Source: an uncultured delta proteobacterium (lineage in GTDB: Bacteria; Myxococcota_A; Polyangia; Fen-1088). From it: a stretch of 64,000 bases of DNA. Made by a program: the position numbers and the translations under genes. The stretch lies in the NCBI GenBank assembly GCA_963796685.1, contig CAWCMR010000005.1, positions 288,001 to 352,000 of the forward strand. Direction: 5' to 3'. Of the stretch, positions 10,506 to 23,977 are shown piece after piece (positions within the stretch are counted from its first letter, which is position 1; every line of letters starts with the position of its first letter). The notes beneath the pieces are model-generated. The model had not been told where the DNA came from. It worked only from the letters and a program-made list of their open reading frames with translations, and searched no databases.

Positions 10506-11433
10506 TCAAAAGCTCCGAGGATTGTCTGTCTTAGCACGACTGTTGAGCTCCTCGACCAATCGGCGGGCTTCCTTGTCGCCGGGGTCGAGCTTGGGCACCA
10601 CGACCTCGATGCGGCAAAACTGGTCGCCTCGGCTGCCATCCTGGCTCTTCACCCCCTTGCCTCGCAGGCGAAGCTTGGCCCCGCTGGAGGTTCCGCCGGG
10701 GATGGTCAGGCGCACGGAGCCGTCCACGGTCGGCACGTCCACCTGGGTGCCGAGGCACGCCTCGGCCAGGGTCAGCGGGAGGGTGAGCTCGATGTCGCGC
10801 CCCACCCGGCGCAGGTGCGGATTCTGGCAGCACGGTCACATCCAGGTACAGATCTCCCGGCTGGCCACTGCGCGGAGCCTGACCGCCCTGTCCGGGCACA
10901 CGCAGGCGGGCGCCGCTGTCGACCCCCGCGGGAACATTGACCTCGACGGTATGGCCCGAGCCGGCCCGCAACGAGCGCCGGGTGCCGAGCGCCGCCTCGC
11001 GAAAGCTGACTTCGAGAGAGCCTTGCATATCGCTGCCACGGCCGCGGCCCCTGGCATGGCCCACAGTCCCACCGCTGCCGCCGAACAAGGAAGAAAAGAG
11101 GTCGCCAAGGTCGCCGAATCCTGCGGAGCCGCCCCCGCCCCGTCCACCCATGCGAAAGTCACCGAAAATCTGCGAGAATGCGTCGGCGTCAAACCCCTGC
11201 GGCATGCCGTCTGCGCCCACCGGCGCCTGCCGAAGCCGGTCGTACTCCTGGCGCTTCTTGGTGTCGGAGAGGACCGCGTAGGCGTCGCCGATCTCCTTGA
11301 ATCGCTCGGTCTTCTTGTTGTCGCCGCCGGTAGCGTCGGGGTGGTTTTGCTTGGCCAGCTTGCGGTACGCCTTCTTGATGGCGTCGGCATCTGCGTTCTC
11401 GGAGACCCCGAGTATGGCGTAGAGATCCTTCAT
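10506..11433 (-). CDS. dnaJ: DnaJ-class co-chaperone without zinc finger (CbpA-like); apparent +1 frameshift near 10823
   Basis: J-domain with HPD (QNHPD) and G/F region. The C-terminal domain (LAEACLGTQVDVPTVDG...LRGKG) continues in another frame; removing one base gives VLPDPHLRRVG. Confidence 0.85.
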
Positions 11434-11434
11434 G

Positions 11435-14044
<2,610 letters not shown>

Positions 14045-14059
14045 GGTTCCTGAGCAACT

Positions 14060-14087
14060 AGGTAAGCACCGGCCGCCCACGGACAAG
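14060..14087 (-). promoter_or_regulatory. RpoH-like heat-shock promoter for clpB-dnaJ
   Basis: Minus strand CTTG-N17-CTTACCT upstream of the clpB start. Confidence 0.45.
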
Positions 14088-14122
14088 GTACGTACGGCAC
14101 GTTTAAGTGGGTTCGGATTCTC

Positions 14123-14244
14123 ACCACAGAGAGCACAGAGAGCACAGAGAGCGGAAAGGAAAGGAAAGGAAAGGGGTTTCCCGGATCCTTGAATCCGAGC
14201 TCCTTCTTCTTCCGGGACCTCAGTGTTCTCTGTGCCTCTGTGGT
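14123..14244. repeat. REP-like palindromic element built of CACAGAG(AG) units, with internal (GGAAA)n run
   Basis: ACCACAGAGAGCACAGAGAGCACAGAG (from 14123) pairs with CTCAGTGTTCTCTGTGCCTCTGTGGT (14219-14244). Confidence 0.75.
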
Positions 14245-14250
14245 TTTCTT

Positions 14251-15009
14251 CTACTTCTTCTTCGGCAGACTGAAGAGGGTCATAGGGAAATGCTCGTCGA
14301 AGACGATTTCGACGATGCGGCCCACCATGGTGACCGGTCCGACGGTGACATCTTCCCTGTGCCAGACCAGGACACCATCGACCTTGCGCCAGTCGGAGAA
14401 CCGGGTGATGTAGGGAACCTGTCCGCCCTGCGAGGCCTGCACGCCCTTTTCGAGGACGCGCAGATGGGTCTTGCTATCGAAGCACACCACCGACGGCGCG
14501 CCCTTGGCCTTGCTCAACTCGACGCATTCCCAGCTTTGGCCCGCGGGCACCGGTACGGGTGGCGGGACCGAAAGCGCCTTGCCGTACACCTCGGCGAGCC
14601 GCCATTCCGAGTTCCAGGCCGCAGCGATACGAACGTCCTCGGCCTCGGCGTCCTTGAGCACGCGCAGCCCGCCGATGGGATCCTTGGCCCACGCCGTGTG
14701 CCCGTCGGAGCCGCGCAGAAAGGTTCCCATGTTGGGCATTTCCGAGGTGCTGTAGATCTTTCCCCCGCGCGCGATGCGGGTCTCCTCGACGCTGGTGAAG
14801 TGCATGGACTGGACCGAGATCTCGCGCTTCACGCGCAGGGTCTTGTGCTTCTTCCAGGCTTGCTCGTCGCCGATGGCCTTGGCGTAGTCGGCCAGCACGA
14901 GCGTGGCGTCGCGCAGGGGCGCCGGGGTAACCTCGGCCGTGGGCAGGGTGGCCGCTCCGGCGTCGAGAGCGAAGACAAGGGCGAACAGCGCGATCATGTT
15001 GCTGCCCAT
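14251..15009 (-). CDS. Secreted hypothetical protein (possible LolA-like/lipoprotein-sorting fold)
   Basis: Signal peptide; [15 protein letters not shown] and [10 protein letters not shown] pattern; lies downstream of the S41 peptidase. Confidence 0.65.
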   Translation of the reverse strand: MGSNMIALFALVFALDAGAATLPTAEVTPAPLRDATLVLADYAKAIGDEQAWKKHKTLRVKREISVQSMHFTSVEETRIARGGKIYSTSEMPNMGTFLRGSDGHTAWAKDPIGGLRVLKDAEAEDVRIAAAWNSEWRLAEVYGKALSVPPPVPVPAGQSWECVELSKAKGAPSVVCFDSKTHLRVLEKGVQASQGGQVPYITRFSDWRKVDGVLVWHREDVTVGPVTMVGRIVEIVFDEHFPMTLFSLPKKK

Positions 15010-15116
15010 GCTTGAGCCAGAAACGCGGTTCCGTCAAGCGTGGCCGCGCGTGTGGCCTCGCGCCCCTATGACGGCAAGGCTGGACGAAGCCGCCGCGACC
15101 GCCAGCGACGACCCGG

Positions 15117-16562
15117 CTACTTCGTTCCGCGCGCCAGCTCGAGCGCCTCGTCGAGCACGGGATCGTGGCCGGCGAGCAGAGCGGCGCGGGTCTCCAGCAC
15201 GCGATAGTCGGGCTGGACGCCGCGTCCCTCGATGGCCACGCCCTTGGGCGTCTTGAAACCCGCCACCGGGATCTGCATGACGGCGCCGCCGGGAAGGGCC
15301 TCGATGGTCGAGCCCAGGGCGGCGCCGACGGTGCTTTCGCCCACCACGATGGCGCGCTTCGCTTCTTGCAGCCCGGCGGCCAGGATCTCGGAGGTCGAGG
15401 CGCTGCCTTCGTCCGTGAGGATGATGACCTTGCCGGTGAAGGGCTTCTGCCCCAGCGACGGCGCGGCCACCAGGTTGTTGGCGAAGTCGCGGAACTGGAT
15501 GGTGCCCAGGCTGGTTTCATGCGAAATCAGGCGGGCGGCGACGGGAATGGCCATGCCGCCGAAGCCGCCCGGGTTGCCGCGCAGGTCGAGGATGATGGCC
15601 TTGGCGCCGCTGCGCCGAAAGCCCTCGATGGCCTTTTGCACTTCGCCCAGGATGGGTTCGAGCAGGAAGAAGTTGAAGGCGATGATGCCCACGTCGCCCA
15701 CGCGCGAGACGCGCACCTCGGGCACGATGGGCGGCATGAGCAGGGCTTGCACCGCGGCCCGCGCCGGAGGGTCGCGGGTCAGCATCGCCTCGTGCGCCTT
15801 GTCGGCGGCGTCGAGAAAACGCACGCTGACCTTGCTGCCGGTGGGGCCGGATAGGAGGTGCGCGGCCTGCCGGCGCAGGCGAAAGCGCTCCTCCACCGGG
15901 CGCAACGGGCGCGACGACGGAGGCAGCGCCCCGACGGCCCGGCCCCCGATGTGCGTCACGATGAAGCCTGGTCGCAGCCCGGCCCGCGCGGCCGAGGATT
16001 GGGGGCGCACATAGGTCACCGTGGGCTTGCCTTCAATCGAACGCACGACGGCTCCGGGATCGCCCGTGCCCATCCCGACCTCGGTCACCTCGGCCGCGCC
16101 AGACCTGGCGGGCGCCGGCTCGCCAGCCGGCGGCTCGACCTCGTCACCGGGGCCGTGCACCTCCAGGTGCGACTGGCCGAGCGCCCCCAACATCTCGTTG
16201 AGCAAGCGGTAGAAAGTCGGCTCGTCGGGCGCGGCCAGGGCGAGCGGCTGGTACTTCGCGCGCAGGGCCTGCCAGTCGAGCCCGGCCAGGTTCTTGTCGA
16301 AGTCCTTGTCGCGAACCGCGGTCCACGCCGCGTTGAAGATGGCCTCGCGGATCTGCAGGCGCACCTTGCTCGGGCCCATGGCGTCCGGGGCCGGACCCGC
16401 GGCGGGCTGCAGCGGCGCGAAGGCCGGCGGCTCGGTTGGCCGAGCGGCATGGGGAGACGGCGCGGCGGCAGGAGCCCGTGGCGGCGGCGTTTGCCCCGCG
16501 CAAGCGAGCAAGAGTGAGAGCGCAGAGGCAAGCAACCCCAAGCGCGAGGTCAGTGGGTTCAT
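15117..16562 (-). CDS. S41 family carboxyl-terminal protease lipoprotein with PDZ domain
   Basis: Lipobox LLAC; SSAARAGLRPG PDZ; IILDLRGNPGG; SASTSEILAAGLQ; IEGRGVQPD. Confidence 0.9.
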   Translation of the reverse strand: MNPLTSRLGLLASALSLLLACAGQTPPPRAPAAAPSPHAARPTEPPAFAPLQPAAGPAPDAMGPSKVRLQIREAIFNAAWTAVRDKDFDKNLAGLDWQALRAKYQPLALAAPDEPTFYRLLNEMLGALGQSHLEVHGPGDEVEPPAGEPAPARSGAAEVTEVGMGTGDPGAVVRSIEGKPTVTYVRPQSSAARAGLRPGFIVTHIGGRAVGALPPSSRPLRPVEERFRLRRQAAHLLSGPTGSKVSVRFLDAADKAHEAMLTRDPPARAAVQALLMPPIVPEVRVSRVGDVGIIAFNFFLLEPILGEVQKAIEGFRRSGAKAIILDLRGNPGGFGGMAIPVAARLISHETSLGTIQFRDFANNLVAAPSLGQKPFTGKVIILTDEGSASTSEILAAGLQEAKRAIVVGESTVGAALGSTIEALPGGAVMQIPVAGFKTPKGVAIEGRGVQPDYRVLETRAALLAGHDPVLDEALELARGTK

Positions 16563-16605
16563 GTTGCGAGCATTTTAGCAGGCCCAGCGGATCCGGATAG
16601 CTAAG

Positions 16606-17107
16606 CTAGTAACGGACTTTTCTCGAAAGGCCGGCATACGCCGCGAACGGCGCCTCGGCGTCGTCGCAGAGCACGCGCTCGCGCACCATCGCCGAGCTCT
16701 GCGCGCCGCTTTCCAATACCTCGTGGAAGACCGCATCGTCGAAGCCGGCCGCGGCTGCGTCCTGACGGGTAGCCGCATAAAAGACGGCGCGCGGCCGGGC
16801 CCACAGGATGGCACCGAGGCACATGGGACAGGGCTCGCAGACTGGCGTAGAGGTCACACCCGTCGAGGCGAAAGGAGCCAAGCGCGGCGCAGGCGGCGCG
16901 GATGGCCTGCACCTCGGCGTGCGCCGTCGGGTCGTTGTTCGCGACCACCGCGTTGGCGGCGCGGGCGATCACGGCACCCTCCTTGACGATCACCGCGCCA
17001 AACGGGCCGCCCTGCCCGGCCTGGGCGCCACGCACGGCCTCGGCGATGGCCATGCCGAGAAACCTCTGCTTGTCGGCCGAAGATGGTCCGATCACGGTGG
17101 GGCTCAC
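16606..17107 (-). CDS. guaD: Guanine/nucleoside deaminase (GuaD-type); apparent +1 frameshift at 16841
   Basis: GGPFGAVIV and DPTAHAEV, then CEPCPMC in the adjacent frame; removing one base gives LYASCEPCPMC. Confidence 0.85.
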
Positions 17108-17829
17108 GTGCGCGCTCCGAAGATCGCCGTGCCCACGCGCAGGATGGTCGCGCCCTCGGCGATGGCCACCTCCAGATCGTGGCTCATGCCCATGGACAGG
17201 TGGGACAGGTCGACGTTGGCCCGCTTCTGCCCGCGCTGCTCGTCGCGCAGCCCGCGCAAGGCCGCGAAGAATGGCCGCGACAGCTCGGGCTCCTCGTCGT
17301 AGGGCGGAATGACCATCAAGCCCGTGCAGCGCAGGTGCGCGTGGCCGGCGAAGGTGTCGAGCACCGCTGCCAGATCCGCGGGGGCGATGCCGCTCTTCTG
17401 CGTCTCGCCGGCCACGTTGACCTGGACCAGGCACTCCTGAATCACGCCGAGCGCGCCTGCCTTGCGGTCGATGTCGCCCAGAATCTCTCGCGAGCTGGCC
17501 GAGTGAATGAGCGCCACGCGGCCGGCCACGTATTTGACCTTGTTGGCTTGCAACGGCCCGATGAAATGCCAACGCGGCAAGGCCAATCCCGGCGGGGCCG
17601 CCACCATCGCGGCCACGGCGGCGCGCTTGTCGCGAAACTCTTGCCCGTAGCTTTCGGCGAAATCCACCTGCCCGACAGCCAGCGCGGACACGACGTCTTC
17701 GGCCGGCACGGTCTTGCTGACCGCCAAAAGGCACGGCGGCTCGACGGTGCGACCCGCCTTGACGACGGCCGCGTCCACGCGGGCGCGCACGTCGCGAAGG
17801 TTGGCCGCGATGTGCTCGGCCCGGGTCAC
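17104..17829 (-). CDS. yggS: YggS/PLPBP pyridoxal-phosphate homeostasis protein
   Basis: LLAVSKT, WHFIGPLQANKVK, LSMGMSHD, ATILRVGTAIFGAR. Confidence 0.93.
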   Translation of the reverse strand: MTRAEHIAANLRDVRARVDAAVVKAGRTVEPPCLLAVSKTVPAEDVVSALAVGQVDFAESYGQEFRDKRAAVAAMVAAPPGLALPRWHFIGPLQANKVKYVAGRVALIHSASSREILGDIDRKAGALGVIQECLVQVNVAGETQKSGIAPADLAAVLDTFAGHAHLRCTGLMVIPPYDEEPELSRPFFAALRGLRDEQRGQKRANVDLSHLSMGMSHDLEVAIAEGATILRVGTAIFGART

Positions 17830-18440
17830 GGCGAAACCCCGAAGGCCGGCGGGGGATAGCCGGGCAGGGCTTCGAGGGCGCGCAGGTCGGCGATGACCTC
17901 GGCCACGGGCAGGCCCACCACGTTGGTGAACGAGCCGCGCACGTCGGTGACGAAGCTGCCTGCGATGCCCTGGATGGCGTAAGCGCCGGCCTTGCCGCGC
18001 CATTCGCCCGAGGCCAGGTACGCCGCGACCTCCTTGACGTCGAGGGAGCGGAAGGTGACGAAGGTGCTCACCAACCGGGCGACCGCGCGCTCGCCCAGAC
18101 GAATGCGATAGGCGGTCAGCACCTCGTGTCGGCGGCCGGCCAGCTTCTGCAACACGACCTCGGCCTGCGCCTCGTCCGCGGGCTTGCCCAGGATCTCCGG
18201 GCCGATGGAGACGATGGTGTCGGCGGCCAACACCGCCAGCGTGGTGGCGCCCTGACGCGCCACCGCGGCGTCGCATTTCTCGGCGGCCACGCGCACGGCA
18301 TAGTCGCGCACCGGCTCGCCCTCGCGCACGGCCTCGTCGATGTCGACAGGGGCGATGGCCAGGGCCAGGCCCAGGCTTTCGAGCAATTCGCGTCGCCGCG
18401 GCGAGGCCGAGGCCAAGATGAGATCGGGGGTACGGTTCAC
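17826..18440 (-). CDS. maf: Maf family nucleotide pyrophosphatase
   Basis: LILASASPRRRELL, LAADTIV, GKP, GKAGAYAIQG, NVVGLP. Confidence 0.93.
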   Translation of the reverse strand: MNRTPDLILASASPRRRELLESLGLALAIAPVDIDEAVREGEPVRDYAVRVAAEKCDAAVARQGATTLAVLAADTIVSIGPEILGKPADEAQAEVVLQKLAGRRHEVLTAYRIRLGERAVARLVSTFVTFRSLDVKEVAAYLASGEWRGKAGAYAIQGIAGSFVTDVRGSFTNVVGLPVAEVIADLRALEALPGYPPPAFGVSP

Positions 18441-18597
18441 GGTGCCAGGCAGTATAGCGGTTTGGGAATCTCTCGGTGGCACGCAGCTTAAGTCAGGAGC
18501 CCAACCACCGATAGAAGGCTCAGTGCAGCGTCAGCATGGAAAGTCACCGGTGAATCCCTGCCGGAGCCAGGCATAGGGCCACGTAGCGAGAGACGAT

Positions 18598-20910
18598 ATG
18601 GGACGAGCATATGCCAAGAGAAGGAAAGCCGAGGACGCCAGTGGTCCCGTTCGCGCGCTTTTCGATCGCGCGCTCAGGTTCATCGCGCTAGCCGGCATCT
18701 ACGGTGCCTTGCTGGCGCTCGTTGTGGTCAAGGACGCCACCGCGTACCCCTTTGTATTTCTCACGACGATCCTCTTGCAGGCAACGATCGGACTCACCGT
18801 GCCCGCCTTTCTGGTGCTGGTGTGGCGCCAACCTTCCTTCCGCCCCCGGCGCGCGTGGCTCTCTATCGCCGTAGGCGCCTATTTCGTGGCTCTTTCGGTT
18901 TCCTGCGCTTTCGCCTTCAACCGGCACCGGTCATTCTGGGGCGCGCAGGACCGGATGGGCGGTCTCTTCTCCCTGGCCCACTTCTTCGTCTGGTACGTGA
19001 TGGCCACATCGTTGCTGCGCTCGTGGCGGGATTGGCGGCGGCTACTTCACTGGCAAGTGACGCTGGGTTTCTACGTGGCGCTGACGGCGCTCCAAGACCT
19101 GAGCAAGCCGGGCTTCGAGCGGATCTCCGGCGTGCTCGGCAACCCCATCTACTGCGCCACCTACCAGGTGTTCATCATCGGTATTCTCGCATTGCTCTGG
19201 GTCCGCACCAGAAATTTTAGACTACGAGCGCTCTACGCTGTCGGAGCCATCCTTTCACTCGCCACACTTGTGCTCTCTGGATCGCGCGGGCCGCTGCTCG
19301 GCCTTGTTTCTGGCTTGATTGTGGTGGCCTTGGTGTGGACGGTTACTGGCCGTCACTGGCGCTACCTGGTCACCACGGTGGGAGCTCTGTTGTTGGCTGG
19401 CGCCAGCTACATCCTGGTGGTGCGAATGGGACCTTCCTGGAATTATCTGCACCTGTTCAGCAAGAGCAGCGATGATGCACGCCCCATGATCTGGTCGATG
19501 GCCTTCGCTGGATTTCGCAGTCACCCGCTGCTGGGTTGGGGACCTGAAAATTACGAAGCGATTTTCGACGCCCACTTCCTGCCGCAGTTCATTTGTAAGG
19601 GGGGCTATGGCGAATGGACTGACATCGCACACAGTCTGCTCTTCGAACACCTCGCTACCACCGGCGCCTTGGGAACGTTCGCCTTCGTCGCGGTATGGGT
19701 TGCTTTCGCGCTGACACTGCGGCGCGCCTTTCGGCGAGGGTGGATCGAAACACGGGCCTTCTACGTGCTACTCGGACTCTCCGTTGCGTACCTCGTGCAG
19801 GGCCAGTTCATCACCGATAGTCCCAGCTCCCACGCGATGCTGTTCCTGCTGCTGGCCATTGGTTGCGCCGCCGGGTTCTCCGAATTCGCTGCCCAAGCCA
19901 TACCGCCGGTGCAGCCGTTCGTCGCCGCACGCCCTGTCGGAATCGGAGCGCTGGCGATGGCGGCTCTTCAGGCCGGCGGAGTCATGCTGGCCTGGCACGG
20001 ATCGGTCATGCCAGCACTGGCTTCGCATGCAAACCTGCAGTCCACCGTTGCCCTCAACCAGGGTGGTTGCGGCGCGATGCTGGAAAACGCCCGGCGCACC
20101 GCCGCCATGACAACACCATGGTCCGAGGATCAATTGACCGTCATCTCGCATACCCTGCGCGATTTCGCCAAGGAAGACAGGCTCCGGTCCTGCCCGCAGT
20201 GGCGTGACCTGTACGAGATCGCCCGGCAAAAGGCCGACGCAGTCTACGCAGGGAAGCCTGAGCATTTCCGGTTTCGTGGAGTCATGCCGTCGCTAGCGTT
20301 CATGCTCGGCTTCAGAGCCCACGACCCGGAGTTGATCAATGAGGCCCAACGACTCTTCGAGGCGCTGATTGCCGGCAGCCCTCAGCGGCAGCTCTACCGC
20401 TACCAGTTCTCCAACCTGCTCGCCGAAACTGGCCGCCTGCAGGCAAGCAGCGACCAGTTGGCTCAAGCGGTCGCGGCGGATCCAGAAATGGGCGAGTCGC
20501 TTTGGAGACTGGGTGTCTTTCGCTGGCAGCGTGAGAGTCAGGCCCAGATTGGCTCGAAGCTGATCGTCCAGGCAGCCGACGGAACCTGCCGACACGCGCT
20601 TTCCAACTCGGGGGAAGCAATGCTGCTGGCGCGCGCCTTCTTGGTGCAAGGCGACCTGGCGGGCCTGCGGTCGATGGGGCGGCGGCTCTCGGAAATGGCC
20701 CCAGGGGCCCCGCCACAGACATCCGATTATCTCGAAATCGCCCGCTTGGATGAGCAGGCCGGGCTACTCACCGAGCGCGACCGAATGCTGCGAATCGCTA
20801 CCCTTCGTGATGGTGCGCTTGGTGTACGACTGGTCCCGCTCTTTGACGGGCGAGCAAGCACCATCGCCGAGGCCGAGGGGCTCGCGGCGCTGGCGGCGAC
20901 GAACCCGTAG
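18598..20910 (+). CDS. O-antigen ligase/oligosaccharyltransferase-like membrane protein with C-terminal TPR-like region
   Basis: Many TM helices; RISGVLGNP, SGSRG, HPLLGWGPENY, DIAHS; helical C-terminus. Confidence 0.8.
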   Translation: MGRAYAKRRKAEDASGPVRALFDRALRFIALAGIYGALLALVVVKDATAYPFVFLTTILLQATIGLTVPAFLVLVWRQPSFRPRRAWLSIAVGAYFVALSVSCAFAFNRHRSFWGAQDRMGGLFSLAHFFVWYVMATSLLRSWRDWRRLLHWQVTLGFYVALTALQDLSKPGFERISGVLGNPIYCATYQVFIIGILALLWVRTRNFRLRALYAVGAILSLATLVLSGSRGPLLGLVSGLIVVALVWTVTGRHWRYLVTTVGALLLAGASYILVVRMGPSWNYLHLFSKSSDDARPMIWSMAFAGFRSHPLLGWGPENYEAIFDAHFLPQFICKGGYGEWTDIAHSLLFEHLATTGALGTFAFVAVWVAFALTLRRAFRRGWIETRAFYVLLGLSVAYLVQGQFITDSPSSHAMLFLLLAIGCAAGFSEFAAQAIPPVQPFVAARPVGIGALAMAALQAGGVMLAWHGSVMPALASHANLQSTVALNQGGCGAMLENARRTAAMTTPWSEDQLTVISHTLRDFAKEDRLRSCPQWRDLYEIARQKADAVYAGKPEHFRFRGVMPSLAFMLGFRAHDPELINEAQRLFEALIAGSPQRQLYRYQFSNLLAETGRLQASSDQLAQAVAADPEMGESLWRLGVFRWQRESQAQIGSKLIVQAADGTCRHALSNSGEAMLLARAFLVQGDLAGLRSMGRRLSEMAPGAPPQTSDYLEIARLDEQAGLLTERDRMLRIATLRDGALGVRLVPLFDGRASTIAEAEGLAALAATNP

Positions 20911-20997
20911 GGCGATTGGTGAGCCCCGCGGCCGAACAGGAACAGGCTGCACGGCTGGCCGTGGCTGGCGGCACGTGGCATGTATGGGCAGAAGATC

Positions 20998-22111
20998 ATG
21001 GCGCTTGTCCTCGACCGACCCGGAATTCTGCACTGGCTGAGTGAGACCAAGAGCGATGCGCTCGACGACCTCTGGCAGGAGGCCGACCGCGTGCGCAAAG
21101 AGCACGTGGGCGACGAGGTGCACCTGCGCGGGCTCATCGAAATCTCCAACCACTGCCTGCGCCAGTGCCACTACTGCGGCCTGCGCGCGGGCAACCGCGA
21201 CCTCACCCGCTACCGCATGACCGCCGACGAGATCGTCGCCTGCGCCAAACAGTCCCGCGACTTCGGCTACGGCACCGTCGTGCTGCAGGCCGGCGAGGAC
21301 GAAGGCCTGACCCTCGGCGTGGTGGCCGAAATCGTGAAACGCATCAAGGCCGAGGCCGAGGTCGCGGTCACCCTGAGCCTGGGCGAGCGCACCCTCGACG
21401 AGCTGCGCGCCTGGCGCGAGGCCGGCGCCGACCGCTATTTGCTGCGCTTCGAGACCTCGAACAGCGACTTGTTCTCGCGCATGCACCCACCGCGCGGCGG
21501 ACAGCGGCCGTCGCGCATGAGCCTGCTCCGCCAGCTCGAGCCACTCGGCTACGAGGTCGGCAGCGGCGTCATGATCGGCATCCCGGGGCAAAGCTACGAA
21601 GATCTGGCCAACGACCTTGAGCTCTTTCGCGAGCTGGACCTGGACATGATCGGCGTGGGCCCGTTCATCGCCCACCCGGCCACGCCCTTCGGCCAGGCAG
21701 ACGCCGAAGAGCACGTCGGCCAGGTGCCCGCCAGCGAGCTGCATGACGTACAAGACGATGGCGCTGGCCCGCCTGCTCTGCCCCGATGCGAACATCCCCA
21801 GCACCACGGCCCTGGCCACGCTCAACCTCGACGAAGGGCGCGAGCTTGGCCTGCAGCGCGGGGCCAATATCGTCATGCCCAACATGACGCCGCCGGAATA
21901 CCGCGTGTACTACGAGATCTATCCCGCCAAGGCGTGTATCCGCGAGACTTCGGACCTGTGCAACCGCTGCATCACCGGGCGCATCAAAAAGCTGGGGCGC
22001 GAGATCGGCAGTGGCCCAGGCGACTCGCCCAACCTGGGTCGGCGCGCGCGCGGCAAGACGCCCAAGCTGCAACGTACGAACAGCAAGCCCCGTGGTCCCC
22101 ATTTGCCCTAG
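20998..22111 (+). CDS. hydE: [FeFe]-hydrogenase maturase HydE (radical SAM); apparent +1 frameshift at 21741
   Basis: LRGLIEISNHCLRQCHYCG (CxxxCxxC), YLLRFET, GSGVMIGIPGQ, IGVGPFIAHPATP, then NIPSTTAL...GANIVMPN...YEIYPAK in the next frame. Confidence 0.88.
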
Positions 22112-22249
22112 CACCGCCGCATAGAGTCGTAGCCGCCGAACGAACGGCGAAGAAACGGCAGGCGCCTCAAGTTGGTGCGACGCTGGGCCGAATACCTAGA
22201 GAACACCTTGGTTTGCCCATGCGCCACTGGCTTGTTCCGTCCTTCGGGT

Positions 22250-23708
22250 ATGTCGGAGAACCGAAACGCGATTCGCGTGCTGCGCATGGCGGCGATCCTG
22301 GCGCTTGGATTCCTTACCGCCGGATGCGACAGCATCGTCGGGGAAAGCAAGGCATCCGCCGATGGCGGCGGCATGAACCTGTCAGCAGCCGTCGATGGTG
22401 GGGGCGGCGGCGAAGCGGCCGCCTCCATCGACGCGTCCTGCGAAAGCACTTCAGTGGCGGTCGGCCTCGATGCTTCGGTCGAAGCCGAGGGGATTGAGAG
22501 TATCGACACCGCATTGGGCCAACCGACCCAACTGGCCCTCGATGCCGGCAGCGTCGACAGCGGCCGTGGCACCGATTTGTCCACGCAACGCTACGATGCC
22601 TCGTCGGACCAGCGCGCCATCCCCGACGCACTCCTCGACAAGCCCGTCACAGGCATTCCGGACGCGCCACCTGACTCCCGAGGCAAGGAGACCGCCGACA
22701 GCCAGGGTGATCGAGCGCAGCCACCGATCCTTGATTCCGCAGTTGATCCCGCCGCGACGGACGTAAGGGATGCCGGCAACGGCGCTTCTCCCGATGTCGC
22801 TGTCGATGCGCCGGCTGACGCCAATCTGCCCGCGCCCACGGATGACGGCGCAGGCATGGGCGAAATCGGCGATGCCGCCAACGACAGCGTTGACACTTTG
22901 TCCCCGCTCGTCGATGCGGACATACCGAGCCCGGTGAAACAGATTTCGGCAGGAGGCTATCACACCTGTGCGCTTCGCAGCGACGGCACAGTCTATTGCT
23001 GGGGCAAGAACAGCGATGGACAAAGCTCGCCACCGGTTGAGAGCTTGTTCTCGCAGATTGCTGCGGACAACAATTTCACGTGCGGCCTCAAGCTGGATGG
23101 CACGGCGAAGTGCTGGGGCAGCAATACGTATGGCCAACGGACGGTACCCACGGGCTACTTCACGCAACTAACCGCCGGTTCCGCCCACGTGTGCGCTATC
23201 GCAACCGACGGTAAAGTCTCTTGCTGGGGCCTCAACACCTCGGGGCAGTGCCTGCCGCCCACTGGCACCTTCACGCAGCTCGCCGCTGGTTCGACGCACT
23301 CTTGCGGCATCCTGACCGCAGGCACCGTGGCCTGCTGGGGCGACACGACATTCAATCAGACCGCGGCCCCCTCGGGCTCATTTTCGCAATTGACCGCCTT
23401 CGGAAACCACTCCTGCGCAATCCGAGGCGACAGCAGCGTTTCCTGCTGGGGCAGTAACACCTACAAGGAGAGCAAACCTCCAGCAGGAACCTTCGTGCAA
23501 GTTGGCGCAGGCTATTGGCATTCCTGCGGCGTGCGAAGCGACGGCACGGTCGCCTGCTGGGGCGACGACACCTTCGGCCAAAGTACGCCTGCTGCGGGGG
23601 CTTTCGCCCAGGTCACGGCCGGCATGTACCACACCTGCGGTTTGCGCAGCGATGCCACCATCACCTGCTGGGGCGACGACAGCTTCGGGCAGAGCTGCAC
23701 CACCTTAA
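22250..23708 (+). CDS. RCC1/BLIP-II repeat lipoprotein with long Asp/Ala-rich linker
   Basis: Lipobox TAGC; repeats of AG..H.C.....G...CWG....GQ..PP. The listed ORF runs to 23779, but removing G23697 restores the GQSSPP repeat ending with TAA at 23706-23708. Confidence 0.8.
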
Positions 23709-23977
23709 AGGTGGGAGACGCGCGCATTCCGGGACGACGGTATCCAGCAGTGGAGCCATTTTCCGCGAATCGGCCATAAGTGTAATGCAACTTACCATTA
23801 AATCGTATAATTTTCCATTTTTCAGTCTTAATGAATCTCGAACGCGAGTCGAAGACCTACCTGTCAAGGGATTCCAGTTTAGGACTCGACGGGTAATCGG
23901 ACGGTAAGCCCCGTTGAGCCAGGACGTGCCAAAGCACGATCTGGACATGTCCCGTCAATAGCAATGGAGGTCAGATC

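Noticed and set aside
18480-18597. Possible cobalamin riboswitch-like words (GGAAAG..CCGGTGAATCC..GCCAGG)
   Set aside because: The B12 box and core pairings are not evident, and the downstream gene is unrelated to B12.
23709-23779. Unique C-terminal tail of the RCC1 protein
   Set aside because: It is likely produced by an extra G at 23697; the corrected frame ends GQSSPP* at 23708.
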